From assembly GCA_015069015.1 (NCBI GenBank), contig SVJK01000003.1, forward strand, positions 6,452 through 70,451: a stretch of DNA of 64,000 nucleotides, in the 5' to 3' direction. Positions 19,912-28,841 of the stretch are shown piece by piece. Each line of letters opens with the position of its first letter. Positions within the stretch are counted from its first letter, which is position 1. This DNA is from Oscillospiraceae bacterium. Lineage in GTDB: Bacteria > Bacillota > Clostridia > UMGS1810. The notes under the pieces are model-generated. The model did no database searches, was not told the origin of the DNA, and saw nothing but the letters and a program-made list of their open reading frames with translations. Made by a program: the position numbers and the translations under genes.

Positions 19912-21669
19912 ATGGACATTTTTAGTATTTTAAGCCTTATAGGCGGCCTTGCCCTTTTCCTTTATGGTATGGATCTTATGGGGGACAGTCTGAAAAAACT
20001 TGCCGGCGGAAGACTTGAATCGGTACTTGCAAGACTGACGTCAACACGAGTTAGAGGATTTATATTAGGCTTTGTAGTTACAGCAGTAATACAGTCATCA
20101 TCTGCAACTACAGTTATGCTTGTAGGTTTTGTTAACTCAGGTATTATGAAACTGGGACAAACCATCAGCATAATAATGGGGGCAAATATTGGTACAACAG
20201 TAACAGCATGGATTCTCAGTACAGCAGATATCAGTGGTACTGCTTTTGTACTTAAACTTTTAAAACCTGATTCCTTCACACCAATACTTGCTGCAATTGG
20301 TGTTATAATGACAATGATTGCAAAAAATGATAAGAAAAAGAATACCGGTTGTATATTAATAGGATTTGCAGTTTTAATGTTTGGTATGGATGCGATGAGC
20401 GGCGCTGTGGAAGCACTCAAAGATAATGAGTCTTTCATCAGCATTCTGACAATGTTTGGTGACAATCCTGTAATGGGTATTGTTGTCGGAACAATTTTCA
20501 CGGCAATCATTCAGTCTTCATCTGCATCTGTCGGTGTACTTCAGGCTCTTGCCCTCACCTGTGTTATTCCATATTCCACAGCAATCCCTGTAATTCTTGG
20601 CCAGAATATAGGAACAACAATTACACCAATACTTTCTTCCATAAGCGGAAATACAGAGTCGAGACGAGTTGCAGCAGCATGTTTGTATATTAAGATGATA
20701 GGAGTAATTGTTGTATCCTGCGCATTTTATGCCATTCATCATTTTGTTGGCTTTGACTTTATGGCGCAACGTTGCACAGCGCTTGATATCGCCGTTGTTC
20801 ACACACTCTTTAACGTATTTTCTACAGTTATTCTCATGCCGTTTTGTACTCTCATTGAAAAAATTACAATCAAAACAATCAAAGGGAAACAGACAGATGA
20901 CGAAACAGACATATTCTCAACTCTTGATGAACGTTTCCTTGATGTTCCGTCTTTTGCTGTTGAAAAATGTCGTGAACTTGTTTGTGAAATGGCAAAAATT
21001 TCTCAGAAATCATTCCAGATGGCTGTTAATCTTCTCGATAATTTTGATAAGGAGTCGTTCGGAGAGATTGAAAAACTTGAATCCCTTGTGGATAAATATG
21101 AAGATAAAACCAGCACCTATCTCATAAAAATCGCCGCAAACCATATGTCGACAAAAGACAGTAAAGCGGTGACTGAACTTCTTCATTGCATAGGGGATAT
21201 AGAAAGAATTTCTGACCATGCATTAAACATTGCAGAAGTTGCACTTGAAATGCATGAAAAGGACATTGTTTTTTCTCCTGAGGCACAAAAAGATATTAAG
21301 GTTGCAACCTTTGCAGTTGTTGAAGTTCTCACCCTCGCAATTGATTCGCTTGTTTCTGATGATCTTGGTATTGCAGTTAAAGTTGAGCCTCTTGAACAGG
21401 TAATTGACAGACTCAAAATTAAAATCAAAGACGGACATATCAACAGACTCCGTCAGGGCGATTGTACAATGGAACTTGGATTTATTCTTTCTGATCTTCT
21501 TACAAACTATGAAAGAGTTGCAGACCACTGTTCAAATATTGCGGTATGCATTATTGAGATTGCTCACAATTCCTTTGAAACTCATGAATACCTTAACAGG
21601 GTAAAACACGGAGATGAAGAAGAATTTAATGAAATGTACGAACATTATAGTTCTAAATACGCTATATAA
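19912..21669 (+). CDS. Na/Pi cotransporter family protein with C-terminal PhoU-like repeats
   Basis: LFLYGMDLMGDSLKK and IQSSSATTVMLVGF repeated as IQSSSASVGVLQAL. The C-terminal helical domain carries ERISDHALNIAE / ERVADHCSNIA PhoU-like motifs. Confidence 0.9.
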   Translation: MDIFSILSLIGGLALFLYGMDLMGDSLKKLAGGRLESVLARLTSTRVRGFILGFVVTAVIQSSSATTVMLVGFVNSGIMKLGQTISIIMGANIGTTVTAWILSTADISGTAFVLKLLKPDSFTPILAAIGVIMTMIAKNDKKKNTGCILIGFAVLMFGMDAMSGAVEALKDNESFISILTMFGDNPVMGIVVGTIFTAIIQSSSASVGVLQALALTCVIPYSTAIPVILGQNIGTTITPILSSISGNTESRRVAAACLYIKMIGVIVVSCAFYAIHHFVGFDFMAQRCTALDIAVVHTLFNVFSTVILMPFCTLIEKITIKTIKGKQTDDETDIFSTLDERFLDVPSFAVEKCRELVCEMAKISQKSFQMAVNLLDNFDKESFGEIEKLESLVDKYEDKTSTYLIKIAANHMSTKDSKAVTELLHCIGDIERISDHALNIAEVALEMHEKDIVFSPEAQKDIKVATFAVVEVLTLAIDSLVSDDLGIAVKVEPLEQVIDRLKIKIKDGHINRLRQGDCTMELGFILSDLLTNYERVADHCSNIAVCIIEIAHNSFETHEYLNRVKHGDEEEFNEMYEHYSSKYAI

Positions 21670-21746
21670 CAGAGTCAAAAATCTTGACTTTTAAATCATA
21701 TGGTGATAAAATATTATCTGTAGTATTCGTACTTTTAAAAACTAAT

Positions 21747-21776
21747 AAAACCGTTGCCGTTCGGCAACGGTTTTAT
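21747..21776 (+). terminator. Rho-independent terminator
   Basis: aaaaccgttgcc-gttc-ggcaacggtttt: perfect GC-rich stem, tetraloop, T-run. Confidence 0.85.
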
Positions 21777-21803
21777 GTATAAATGACAAAAAAGGAGATT
21801 CAT

Positions 21804-22901
21804 ATGAAAAAGAAAATAACATCTGTAATCCTATCGGTACTCGTTATGGTCAACTTTTTTTGGATTCCTGCATATGGGAGCAAAAATACAGGGAAAGATG
21901 TTGTTGTCAATTTGTGTATAGACAGTTCTCAAATGGAAATAAATGGAGAATCTTTTTCCGTAGACCCGGGGAGAGATACGGTTCCTGTTGTTGTGAATGG
22001 ACGAACTCTTGTCCCCATAAGGTCAATAATTGAAGCCTTTGGTGGCGAGGCAATTTGGTATGAAGATTTACGTAGTGTCGAACTTATTCTTGGTGATACA
22101 AAGATTACTCTGTATATAGATGAAACAACAGTGATTGTAAACGGAGAAACATTGCCTTTGGATACTGCTCCATTGATAATCAACGGAAGAACAATGATTC
22201 CACTTAGATTTGTAGCAGAATGCTTTGGTCTTGGCGTAGCCTGGGACGAGAAAACAAGAAATGTATACATTATACAAAATGGTCTTGATGATGATGAGTA
22301 TGAGTATTTATGCAACAACATTCCGGCATATGAAGGTGTTGCGTATGCGTATATTAATGACAATAGACCTATGTTTGAGGAATACGAGATAATTCCGGCA
22401 TCTTTTGAATATTATTCAAACCTTGATGAGCTTCAAAGATGCAATGTTTGCTTTTCATCAATCTCGACTGATATTATGCCAACAGAAAAAAGGGGAGATA
22501 TATCATCCGTAAAGCCAACAGGATGGATTAATGCGAAATATGATATTGTTAGCGGAAAGTATCTGTATAACAGATGTCATCTTATAGGCTATCAGCTTAC
22601 GGGTGAAAACGCAAATGAGAGAAATCTTATTACAGGTACAAGATACTTTAATGTTGAGGGGATGTTCCCGTTTGAAAAGAAAGTAGATGCGTATATAGAA
22701 AAAACGGGAAATCACGTTGCCTACAGGGTTACTCCTTTCTTTAAGGAGAATAATCTTCTTGCAGATGGGGTACTTATTGAGGCATATTCTGTTGAAGATA
22801 AGGGACAGGGATTATCATTTTGTGTATATTGTTATAATGTACAGCCCGGAATATGGCTTGATTATCTGACAGGTATGAGTAAGTTGGTATCAGTCAAATA
22901 A
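21804..22901 (+). CDS. Secreted DNA/RNA non-specific endonuclease with an N-terminal copper-amine-oxidase-like (stalk) domain
   Basis: Signal peptide MKKKITSVILSVLVMVNFF. Repeats of VNGRTLVPIRSIIEAFG / INGRTMIPLRFVAECFG (Cu_amine_oxidN1-like). C-terminal YNRCHLIGYQLTGENANERNLITGTRYFN resembles EndA/NucA-type DNA-entry nucleases. AAGGAG RBS precedes ATG 21804. Confidence 0.8.
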   Translation: MKKKITSVILSVLVMVNFFWIPAYGSKNTGKDVVVNLCIDSSQMEINGESFSVDPGRDTVPVVVNGRTLVPIRSIIEAFGGEAIWYEDLRSVELILGDTKITLYIDETTVIVNGETLPLDTAPLIINGRTMIPLRFVAECFGLGVAWDEKTRNVYIIQNGLDDDEYEYLCNNIPAYEGVAYAYINDNRPMFEEYEIIPASFEYYSNLDELQRCNVCFSSISTDIMPTEKRGDISSVKPTGWINAKYDIVSGKYLYNRCHLIGYQLTGENANERNLITGTRYFNVEGMFPFEKKVDAYIEKTGNHVAYRVTPFFKENNLLADGVLIEAYSVEDKGQGLSFCVYCYNVQPGIWLDYLTGMSKLVSVK

Positions 22902-22918
22902 AATACGGAAAGGTATTT

Positions 22919-24109
22919 ATGTTTATGGAATATAGTTCTCTCAGCAAAGATTTACAAAACAGAATAATTAAAAAAAATCCACGTCTTGCAGAAAATATGA
23001 ATTGCTCCCAAAGACGCAGAAATGATCATGATATTGCAAATCTTTGGAGGCCTGCATATGTAAGAGATTGCGAAAAGATTCTGCACTGTCCGTATTACAA
23101 CAGATACAGCGACAAAACTCAGGTGTTTTCATTTTATAAAAATGATGATATCTCAAGACGCAGTCTCCACGTTCAATTGGTTTCAAGAATTTCAAGAAAT
23201 ATTTCTTCTCTTTTAGGACTTAACGTTGATCTTACAGAAGCCATAGCACTTGGACATGATCTTGGTCATCCACCATTTGGTCATGCAGGGGAGTCTTGCC
23301 TGAACGAACTTTCCCTTGAATATTCATCAAAGGGATTTATGCATAATATCCATTCTGTAAGAGTGCTTGATAGGATTTTTGACTATAACATATCATTTGA
23401 AACCCTTGATGGAATTCTTTGCCATAATGGTGAATTGCCTCTTGGAAAATACGTTCCTCAGACAGATAAAAACTTTGATGTTCTTGATCGTGAAATCGAA
23501 GAGTGTTATAAGGATTCAAAAAACTGTGCAGGACTTATTCCGGCAACACTCGAAGGGTGTGTTGTACGAATCAGCGACCTAATTGCATATCTTGGAAAAG
23601 ACAGACAAGATGCCAAGAGAGCAAAGGTAATTGAAACAGAAGATATGTTTGACGGCGGAATTCTTGGGAAGTTTAATGCTGTAATCATAAATAATCTCAT
23701 AGTGAATGTTATAGAAAACAGTTTTGATAAGCCCTATATTAAAATTGATGATGAATATTATGATGATCTTAAAAAAGCGATGGATGAAAACTACAGATAT
23801 ATTTACCTTAGTGACACCGTGAAAAAAGTACAACAGGAAACGATAAGACCCATGTATTTCAACGTTTTCAAAAAACTTCTTTCAGACATACGTCTTGGAC
23901 GAAAAGATTCTTATATTTTCAGACATCATATTAACTATATAAATAATGTCAGGTCATATTATTCGGATATTGACTATTTTGAATCAAACACACCTGAGGA
24001 CATAGTGGTAGATTACATTGCAAGTATGACAGATGACTATTTTTCCGATCTTTATGAATACTATTATCCGGACTTTAAAAAGCCCGAATATGTATCGTAT
24101 TTCAAATGA
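22919..24109 (+). CDS. dGTPase-like dNTP triphosphohydrolase (HD domain)
   Basis: RDCEKILHCPYYNRYSDKTQVF and ALGHDLGHPPFGHAGE HD motifs; 396 aa. Confidence 0.8.
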   Translation: MFMEYSSLSKDLQNRIIKKNPRLAENMNCSQRRRNDHDIANLWRPAYVRDCEKILHCPYYNRYSDKTQVFSFYKNDDISRRSLHVQLVSRISRNISSLLGLNVDLTEAIALGHDLGHPPFGHAGESCLNELSLEYSSKGFMHNIHSVRVLDRIFDYNISFETLDGILCHNGELPLGKYVPQTDKNFDVLDREIEECYKDSKNCAGLIPATLEGCVVRISDLIAYLGKDRQDAKRAKVIETEDMFDGGILGKFNAVIINNLIVNVIENSFDKPYIKIDDEYYDDLKKAMDENYRYIYLSDTVKKVQQETIRPMYFNVFKKLLSDIRLGRKDSYIFRHHINYINNVRSYYSDIDYFESNTPEDIVVDYIASMTDDYFSDLYEYYYPDFKKPEYVSYFK

Positions 24110-24132
24110 TATTTCTTTAGGAGGATATTTTT

Positions 24133-24468
24133 ATGAAATTAAAAAAGGTAATTGAATTGCTTGATGCAAAAAAACTAAATTGCAGCTGCGACGACGAAAT
24201 AGAAGTTTGTGCTGCATGCGGTTCAGATCTTATGAGTGATGTTCTTGCTTTTGTAAAGGATCAGGCTATGCTTTTAACAGGTCTTGTTAATCCTCAGGTC
24301 ATAAGAACTGCTGAAATGATGGATATGAAAGCAATTGTTTTTGTGAGAGGTAAAACTCCCGGTGATGAAATACTTACTCTTTCAGATGATGCAGGAATAG
24401 CCGTGCTTTCGACAAATGATCCGCTTTATGTTGCTTGCGGAAAACTTTATGCAGAAGGTCTTCGCTGA
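24133..24468 (+). CDS. DRTGG domain protein (copy 1)
   Basis: 111 aa. ..GSDLMSDVLAF..MLLTGLVNPQVIRTAEMMDMKAIVFVRGK.. pattern of stand-alone DRTGG proteins. Confidence 0.6.
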   Translation: MKLKKVIELLDAKKLNCSCDDEIEVCAACGSDLMSDVLAFVKDQAMLLTGLVNPQVIRTAEMMDMKAIVFVRGKTPGDEILTLSDDAGIAVLSTNDPLYVACGKLYAEGLR

Positions 24469-24484
24469 AACGGGAGGTGTGCAT

Positions 24485-24910
24485 ATGAGTTCGTTTAAAG
24501 TTCAATATGCAATAGACGGAGAAGATTTTTCAATTGCAGGTGAGGCATCAAGAAAACTGAAAAAAGTACTTCAGAATCTTGGCGTTGATCCTCAGATTAT
24601 AAGAAAAGCCACCGTGGCAATGTATGAAGGTGAAATCAATATGGTGATTCATGCCGATGGGGGAGTTATTGATATTGAAATCACAAAAGATAAAATACAT
24701 ATGTTTTTGAAAGATCGTGGTCCCGGAATTCCAAACATTGATCTTGCAATGACAGAAGGTTATTCAACTGCATCTGAAAATGTCAGAGAACTTGGATTTG
24801 GAGCGGGAATGGGGCTTCCGAATATGAATAAATACACTGACTATATGAACATAACAACAGAAGTTGGAGTAGGAACAACAATAGAGATGATAGTTAATAT
24901 AACACAATAG
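24485..24910 (+). CDS. RsbW/SpoIIAB-like GHKL serine protein kinase (anti-sigma-factor-type ATPase)
   Basis: 141 aa with E(N-box)-like YEGEINMVIH, DRGPGI (G1) and GFGAGMGLPN (G2). GGAGG RBS precedes ATG 24485. The ORF-track start 24416 would overlap the preceding gene by 53 nt. Confidence 0.7.
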   Translation: MSSFKVQYAIDGEDFSIAGEASRKLKKVLQNLGVDPQIIRKATVAMYEGEINMVIHADGGVIDIEITKDKIHMFLKDRGPGIPNIDLAMTEGYSTASENVRELGFGAGMGLPNMNKYTDYMNITTEVGVGTTIEMIVNITQ

Positions 24911-24954
24911 TATTTAATTCCCACTTATTGTTACTTGGAACGGAGATGAAGTGT

Positions 24955-26238
24955 ATGAGTAATATTATTCATTCAGTTACATTAGATAGCGACAAGTGCA
25001 AGGGTTGTACCAATTGTATAAAAATGTGTCCGACTCAAGCCATACGTGTTCGCAAGAAAAAGGCAAAAATAATAAAAGATTTATGTATAGACTGTGGTGA
25101 GTGTATCAGAGTCTGTCCTTATCATGCAAAAAAAGCTGTTACAGATAATTTTGATATGATTCACAATTATAAATATAAAATTGCATTACCTGCTCCTGCC
25201 TTTTATGGTCAGTTCGACAAAGCAACGGATATAAATTCAATACTCCACGCTCTTGTCAAAACAGGGTTTGATGATGTATTTGAGGTTGCATATGCCGCAC
25301 AGATTGTGACCGAAAAAACAAAGGAACTTATAAAATCCGGTGAACTTGAAACTCCAATCATAAACTCTGCGTGTCCGGCGGTTGTGAAACTAATTTCCAC
25401 AAAATATCCGAGTCTTATTAATAACATTATTCCGCTCATTTCACCAATGAATCTTGCGGCAAAACTTGCAAGGTTTATTGCTGAGGAAAAAACCCCGTAC
25501 AAAGGAAAAGAAATCGGAATATTTTTCATAACCCCCTGTGCTGCAAAGGCAACTTGTACAAAATATCCTCTTGGACTCAAAGAAAGTTGCATAGATGGTG
25601 TTTTTTCCTTTAAAGATATGTATCTTAGGGTAATACCACATCTTAAAGATAACACGCAAAAGGATGATATTTCTAAAGCCGGATTTGAGGGTGTATGTTG
25701 GGCAAACAGTGGTGGAGAAGTTTCTGCTCTTGAAATGGAAAACTATATTGCCGTTGACGGGATACATAATGTTATACATGTTCTTGAAGAAATAGAAAAT
25801 GAAAAACTTGCAGATGTTGAATACATAGAAGCGCTTGCTTGTATTGGCGGTTGTGTCGGAGGCCCTTTGACTGTTGAAAATAATTTTGTTGCTCAGACAC
25901 GCATAAAGAAGATGGCAAAAACGGCATCAGATAAAAAGGTCAGTGAAGAAATCGGAAAAGTCAATGCCTTGTGGGAAACCCCGGTTTTTGTAAGGAAACC
26001 GCGAATTCTTGATGAAGATATGACCGTTGCTATGGAAAAACTTGCAAAAATTGATGAGATTTACGCAAACCTTCCCGGACTTGACTGCGGTTCCTGTGGG
26101 GCGCCCAATTGTCTTGCTCTTGCTGAAGATATTGTAAAGGGTTATTCAAAGGAAACAGATTGTATAGTTAAGTTTAAAGAGCGAATAGCCGAAATTGCCA
26201 ACGAAATGCTGGGAGCACGCGAGGAGGAAATAAGATGA
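24955..26238 (+). CDS. [FeFe]-hydrogenase-like protein, putative sensory type (HydS-like)
   Basis: N-terminal 2x CxxCxxCxxxCP ferredoxin motifs. The H-domain has altered motifs NSACPAV, TPCAAK and ALACIGGCVGGP. C-terminal CGSCGAPNC-x16-C (Cx2Cx4Cx16C). Start could also be 24946 or 24928. Confidence 0.8.
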   Translation: MSNIIHSVTLDSDKCKGCTNCIKMCPTQAIRVRKKKAKIIKDLCIDCGECIRVCPYHAKKAVTDNFDMIHNYKYKIALPAPAFYGQFDKATDINSILHALVKTGFDDVFEVAYAAQIVTEKTKELIKSGELETPIINSACPAVVKLISTKYPSLINNIIPLISPMNLAAKLARFIAEEKTPYKGKEIGIFFITPCAAKATCTKYPLGLKESCIDGVFSFKDMYLRVIPHLKDNTQKDDISKAGFEGVCWANSGGEVSALEMENYIAVDGIHNVIHVLEEIENEKLADVEYIEALACIGGCVGGPLTVENNFVAQTRIKKMAKTASDKKVSEEIGKVNALWETPVFVRKPRILDEDMTVAMEKLAKIDEIYANLPGLDCGSCGAPNCLALAEDIVKGYSKETDCIVKFKERIAEIANEMLGAREEEIR

Positions 26239-26564
26239 AAGTGAATGAAATCATTGATAAATTACATCTTGAAAGAGTTTCAGATGCAGGGAATACTGAA
26301 TCTGACGTGTCAGGTTGTTTTGCCTGTGATCTTCTCAGTCTTGCAATGTCTTCTGTGGAAAAAGGGAATATATGGATTACAGTTCAAACCAATGTTAACA
26401 TTCTTGCCATTGCTTCACTGACGGAAGCGTCATGCATAATAGTTGCAAATTCAATGAGCATTTCAGATGCCGTCATAGATAAGGCGAAAGAAGAGAAGAT
26501 ATGTCTTCTTCGTAGTGACAATGGCGTATACGAACTTTGCAATATGATAGGGGATATCATATGA
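26235..26564 (+). CDS. DRTGG domain protein (copy 2)
   Basis: 109 aa with the same architecture as 24133-24468. ATGA overlap with the HydS-like stop. Confidence 0.55.
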   Translation: MKVNEIIDKLHLERVSDAGNTESDVSGCFACDLLSLAMSSVEKGNIWITVQTNVNILAIASLTEASCIIVANSMSISDAVIDKAKEEKICLLRSDNGVYELCNMIGDII

Positions 26565-27256
26565 GAGTATATTATGACTTTCACATACATTCGTGCCTGT
26601 CCCCGTGCGGAGATGAAGATATGACTCCGAATAATATTGTCAACATGTCACTGCTCAAAGGTCTTGACATAATTGCGGTAACAGATCACAATTGTGCAGG
26701 AAACGTAAAAGCCTGTCAGGATGCAGCGAAGGGGACAAATCTTACGGTTGTTGGCGGAATGGAAATTGAAACAAGCGAAGAAATACATATGGTTGCATTG
26801 TTCAGAAATTCAGAAAACCTTTATAAACTCGAAGAAATAGTATCAGGAGCGTTACCGCCTATTAAGAATAAAGTTGAAATTTTCGGACAGCAGATACTCA
26901 TGGATTCAAAAGATTGTTTTAAGGGATTTGATGAACGGTTTCTTGTAACTGCAACATCAATAGATGTAATGACACTGTACAAATATGTTTCTGAACTTGG
27001 GGGGGCACTTTTCCCGGCACATATCGACAAAACATCATACAGTATAATTTCAAGTCTGGGTTCAATTCCTCCTGAATTAAGATTTTCTGCTGTTGAGGTT
27101 AAAAAATCGTGTGACGGAATAAAACTGCCCGCTGATACAGTGATAATTCACAACTCAGATGCTCACTATCTTTGGGATATATCGGAAAGAGAGAATTATA
27201 TTGACATATATTCGGATAATGTCATAGATGTTTTATCTATATTGCAACAAAAATAA
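26561..27256 (+). CDS. PHP-domain phosphoesterase
   Basis: YYDFHIHSCLSPCGD and AVTDHN PHP metal-binding motifs. ATG 26561 overlaps the stop of the preceding gene (ATGA); the ORF-track start is 26537. Confidence 0.75.
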   Translation: MRVYYDFHIHSCLSPCGDEDMTPNNIVNMSLLKGLDIIAVTDHNCAGNVKACQDAAKGTNLTVVGGMEIETSEEIHMVALFRNSENLYKLEEIVSGALPPIKNKVEIFGQQILMDSKDCFKGFDERFLVTATSIDVMTLYKYVSELGGALFPAHIDKTSYSIISSLGSIPPELRFSAVEVKKSCDGIKLPADTVIIHNSDAHYLWDISERENYIDIYSDNVIDVLSILQQK

Positions 27257-27326
27257 GTCATAAAATTGTGCATAAAGACGAAATTGTTATTTTTTTGTCA
27301 AAAATATAGCGATATTTTTATTTATA

Positions 27327-27335
27327 TGTTATAAT
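27327..27335 (+). promoter_or_regulatory. Extended -10 element (TGtTATAAT) upstream of hydC
   Basis: atgttataat with TATAAT at 27330-27335, inside the only sizeable gap (142 nt) of the hydrogenase locus. Confidence 0.45.
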
Positions 27336-27398
27336 GTATTGGTTGAAATTTTATAAATTTAAATAATCATAATTACATTTTACAAGGAGGTTATCAAA

Positions 27399-27893
27399 AT
27401 GGGTGAAATTAAGGCTCCGGCTTTTAAGGACACTGCAGAACAGAGTGCAAAACTTCAGGAAGTCATCGCAAAATATCAGGGTACACAAGGCGCTTTGATT
27501 CCCGTACTTCACGAGGCTCAGTCAATCTATGGCTACTTGCCCTATGAAGTTCAGCAGAAGATTTCTGAAGGTCTTAATGTTCCAATGTCGGAAATTTACG
27601 GCGTTGTTACTTTCTACACTCAGTTCTCTATTTATCCCAAAGGAGAATACAATATTGCTGTTTGTCTTGGTACAGCATGCTATGTTAAAGGCTCCGGTGA
27701 TATCATAGAAAAAATCAAGGAGCGTCTCGGTATTGATGTAGGTAAGTGTACAGATGACGGAAAATTCTCTCTTGATGCAACACGTTGTATCGGTGCTTGC
27801 GGTCTTGCTCCCGTTCTTACAGTTAATGATGATGTATACGGAAGAATCACCGTAGATGATGTTGATGATATTTTGAGTAAATATATGGACTGA
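27399..27893 (+). CDS. hydC: NuoE-like [2Fe-2S] subunit of bifurcating-type [FeFe]-hydrogenase
   Basis: 164 aa. CLGTAC...C..ACGLAP thioredoxin-like 2Fe-2S motif of the NuoE/HoxE family. Confidence 0.9.
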   Translation: MGEIKAPAFKDTAEQSAKLQEVIAKYQGTQGALIPVLHEAQSIYGYLPYEVQQKISEGLNVPMSEIYGVVTFYTQFSIYPKGEYNIAVCLGTACYVKGSGDIIEKIKERLGIDVGKCTDDGKFSLDATRCIGACGLAPVLTVNDDVYGRITVDDVDDILSKYMD

Positions 27894-27899
27894 TAGGCT

Positions 27900-28454
27900 A
27901 TGGTAGAGATTTCGCTTCACATTCTTGACATTGTTCAGAATTCGGTCAGAGCAAAAGCATCTCTTATCGAAATATCAGTCATAGAAGACACTTCTTCAAA
28001 TCTTTTAACTGTCAGAATCTCGGACAACGGATGCGGAATGAGTGAGGAGTTTTTGAATGATGTTACAAATCCGTTCAGAACAAGCCGCACAACCAGAAAA
28101 GTCGGTCTTGGTGTTCCTATGTTTAAAAATGCCGCAGAGCAAACCGGCGGCAGTTTTGAAATCAGTTCAAAACTTGGAGAAGGAACAGTTGTTGAGGCAA
28201 AGTTTGTGTATGACAGCATAGATCGTCAACCTTTAGGTGATATGGCTTTTACTATGGTAACAATAGTCAATTCAGATCCCGATATTGATTATGTATACAC
28301 TCATACATTCAACGGCTTGTCTTTTGATTTTGATACACGACAGATAAGAGAAACTCTTGGCAGTGAAGTGCCACTTACAGAGCCTCAGGTTCTTTCATGG
28401 ATTGAAGATTATATTAATAGTGAAACAGAAAATATTTATGGAGGGATACAGTAA
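27900..28454 (+). CDS. Stand-alone GHKL (histidine-kinase-like) ATPase embedded in the hyd operon
   Basis: HILDIVQNS (N box), DNGCGM (G1) and GLGVPMF (G2). No HisKA/DHp domain and no TM segment. Confidence 0.75.
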   Translation: MVEISLHILDIVQNSVRAKASLIEISVIEDTSSNLLTVRISDNGCGMSEEFLNDVTNPFRTSRTTRKVGLGVPMFKNAAEQTGGSFEISSKLGEGTVVEAKFVYDSIDRQPLGDMAFTMVTIVNSDPDIDYVYTHTFNGLSFDFDTRQIRETLGSEVPLTEPQVLSWIEDYINSETENIYGGIQ

Positions 28455-28829
28455 ATGAAAAGTTTAGCCCAGCTCGAACAAATCAGAAACAAAACACTTG
28501 CAAAGATTAATTTGAGAAAAGAAGACGACACAAGCATCAGAGTCGTTGTTGGTATGGCTACTTGCGGTATAGCAGCAGGTGCAAGACCGGTAATGAAAGC
28601 TATTATGGATGAAATTGAAAAAAGAAATGTTACAAATTGTTATGTGACACAGACAGGATGTATAGGCGTATGTCGCCTTGAACCTATTGTAGAGGTTTAC
28701 CTTCCCGGTTCTGAAAAGATAACCTATGTTAAAATGGATGCCGAAAAAGCAGTAAAAGTTGTTAATGAAACCTTGGTAAACGGCAAAGTTATCAACGAAT
28801 ACACAATCGGTGCAGCAGATAAAAACTAA
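28455..28829 (+). CDS. Thioredoxin-like [2Fe-2S] ferredoxin
   Basis: 124 aa. VVGMATCGIAAG...GCIGVCRLEP motif. Confidence 0.8.
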   Translation: MKSLAQLEQIRNKTLAKINLRKEDDTSIRVVVGMATCGIAAGARPVMKAIMDEIEKRNVTNCYVTQTGCIGVCRLEPIVEVYLPGSEKITYVKMDAEKAVKVVNETLVNGKVINEYTIGAADKN

Positions 28830-28841
28830 GGAGGGGTAACA

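Noticed and set aside
24416-24484. Longer 164-aa form of the RsbW-like kinase starting at 24416
   Set aside because: It would overlap the DRTGG gene by 53 nt and adds a non-homologous N-terminus. A GGAGG RBS directly precedes ATG 24485.
27257-27398. Rex operator upstream of hydC
   Set aside because: The nearest candidate, ttgttatttttttgtcaa, is not an inverted repeat of the TTGTGAA/TTGTTAA-N-TTAACAA type.
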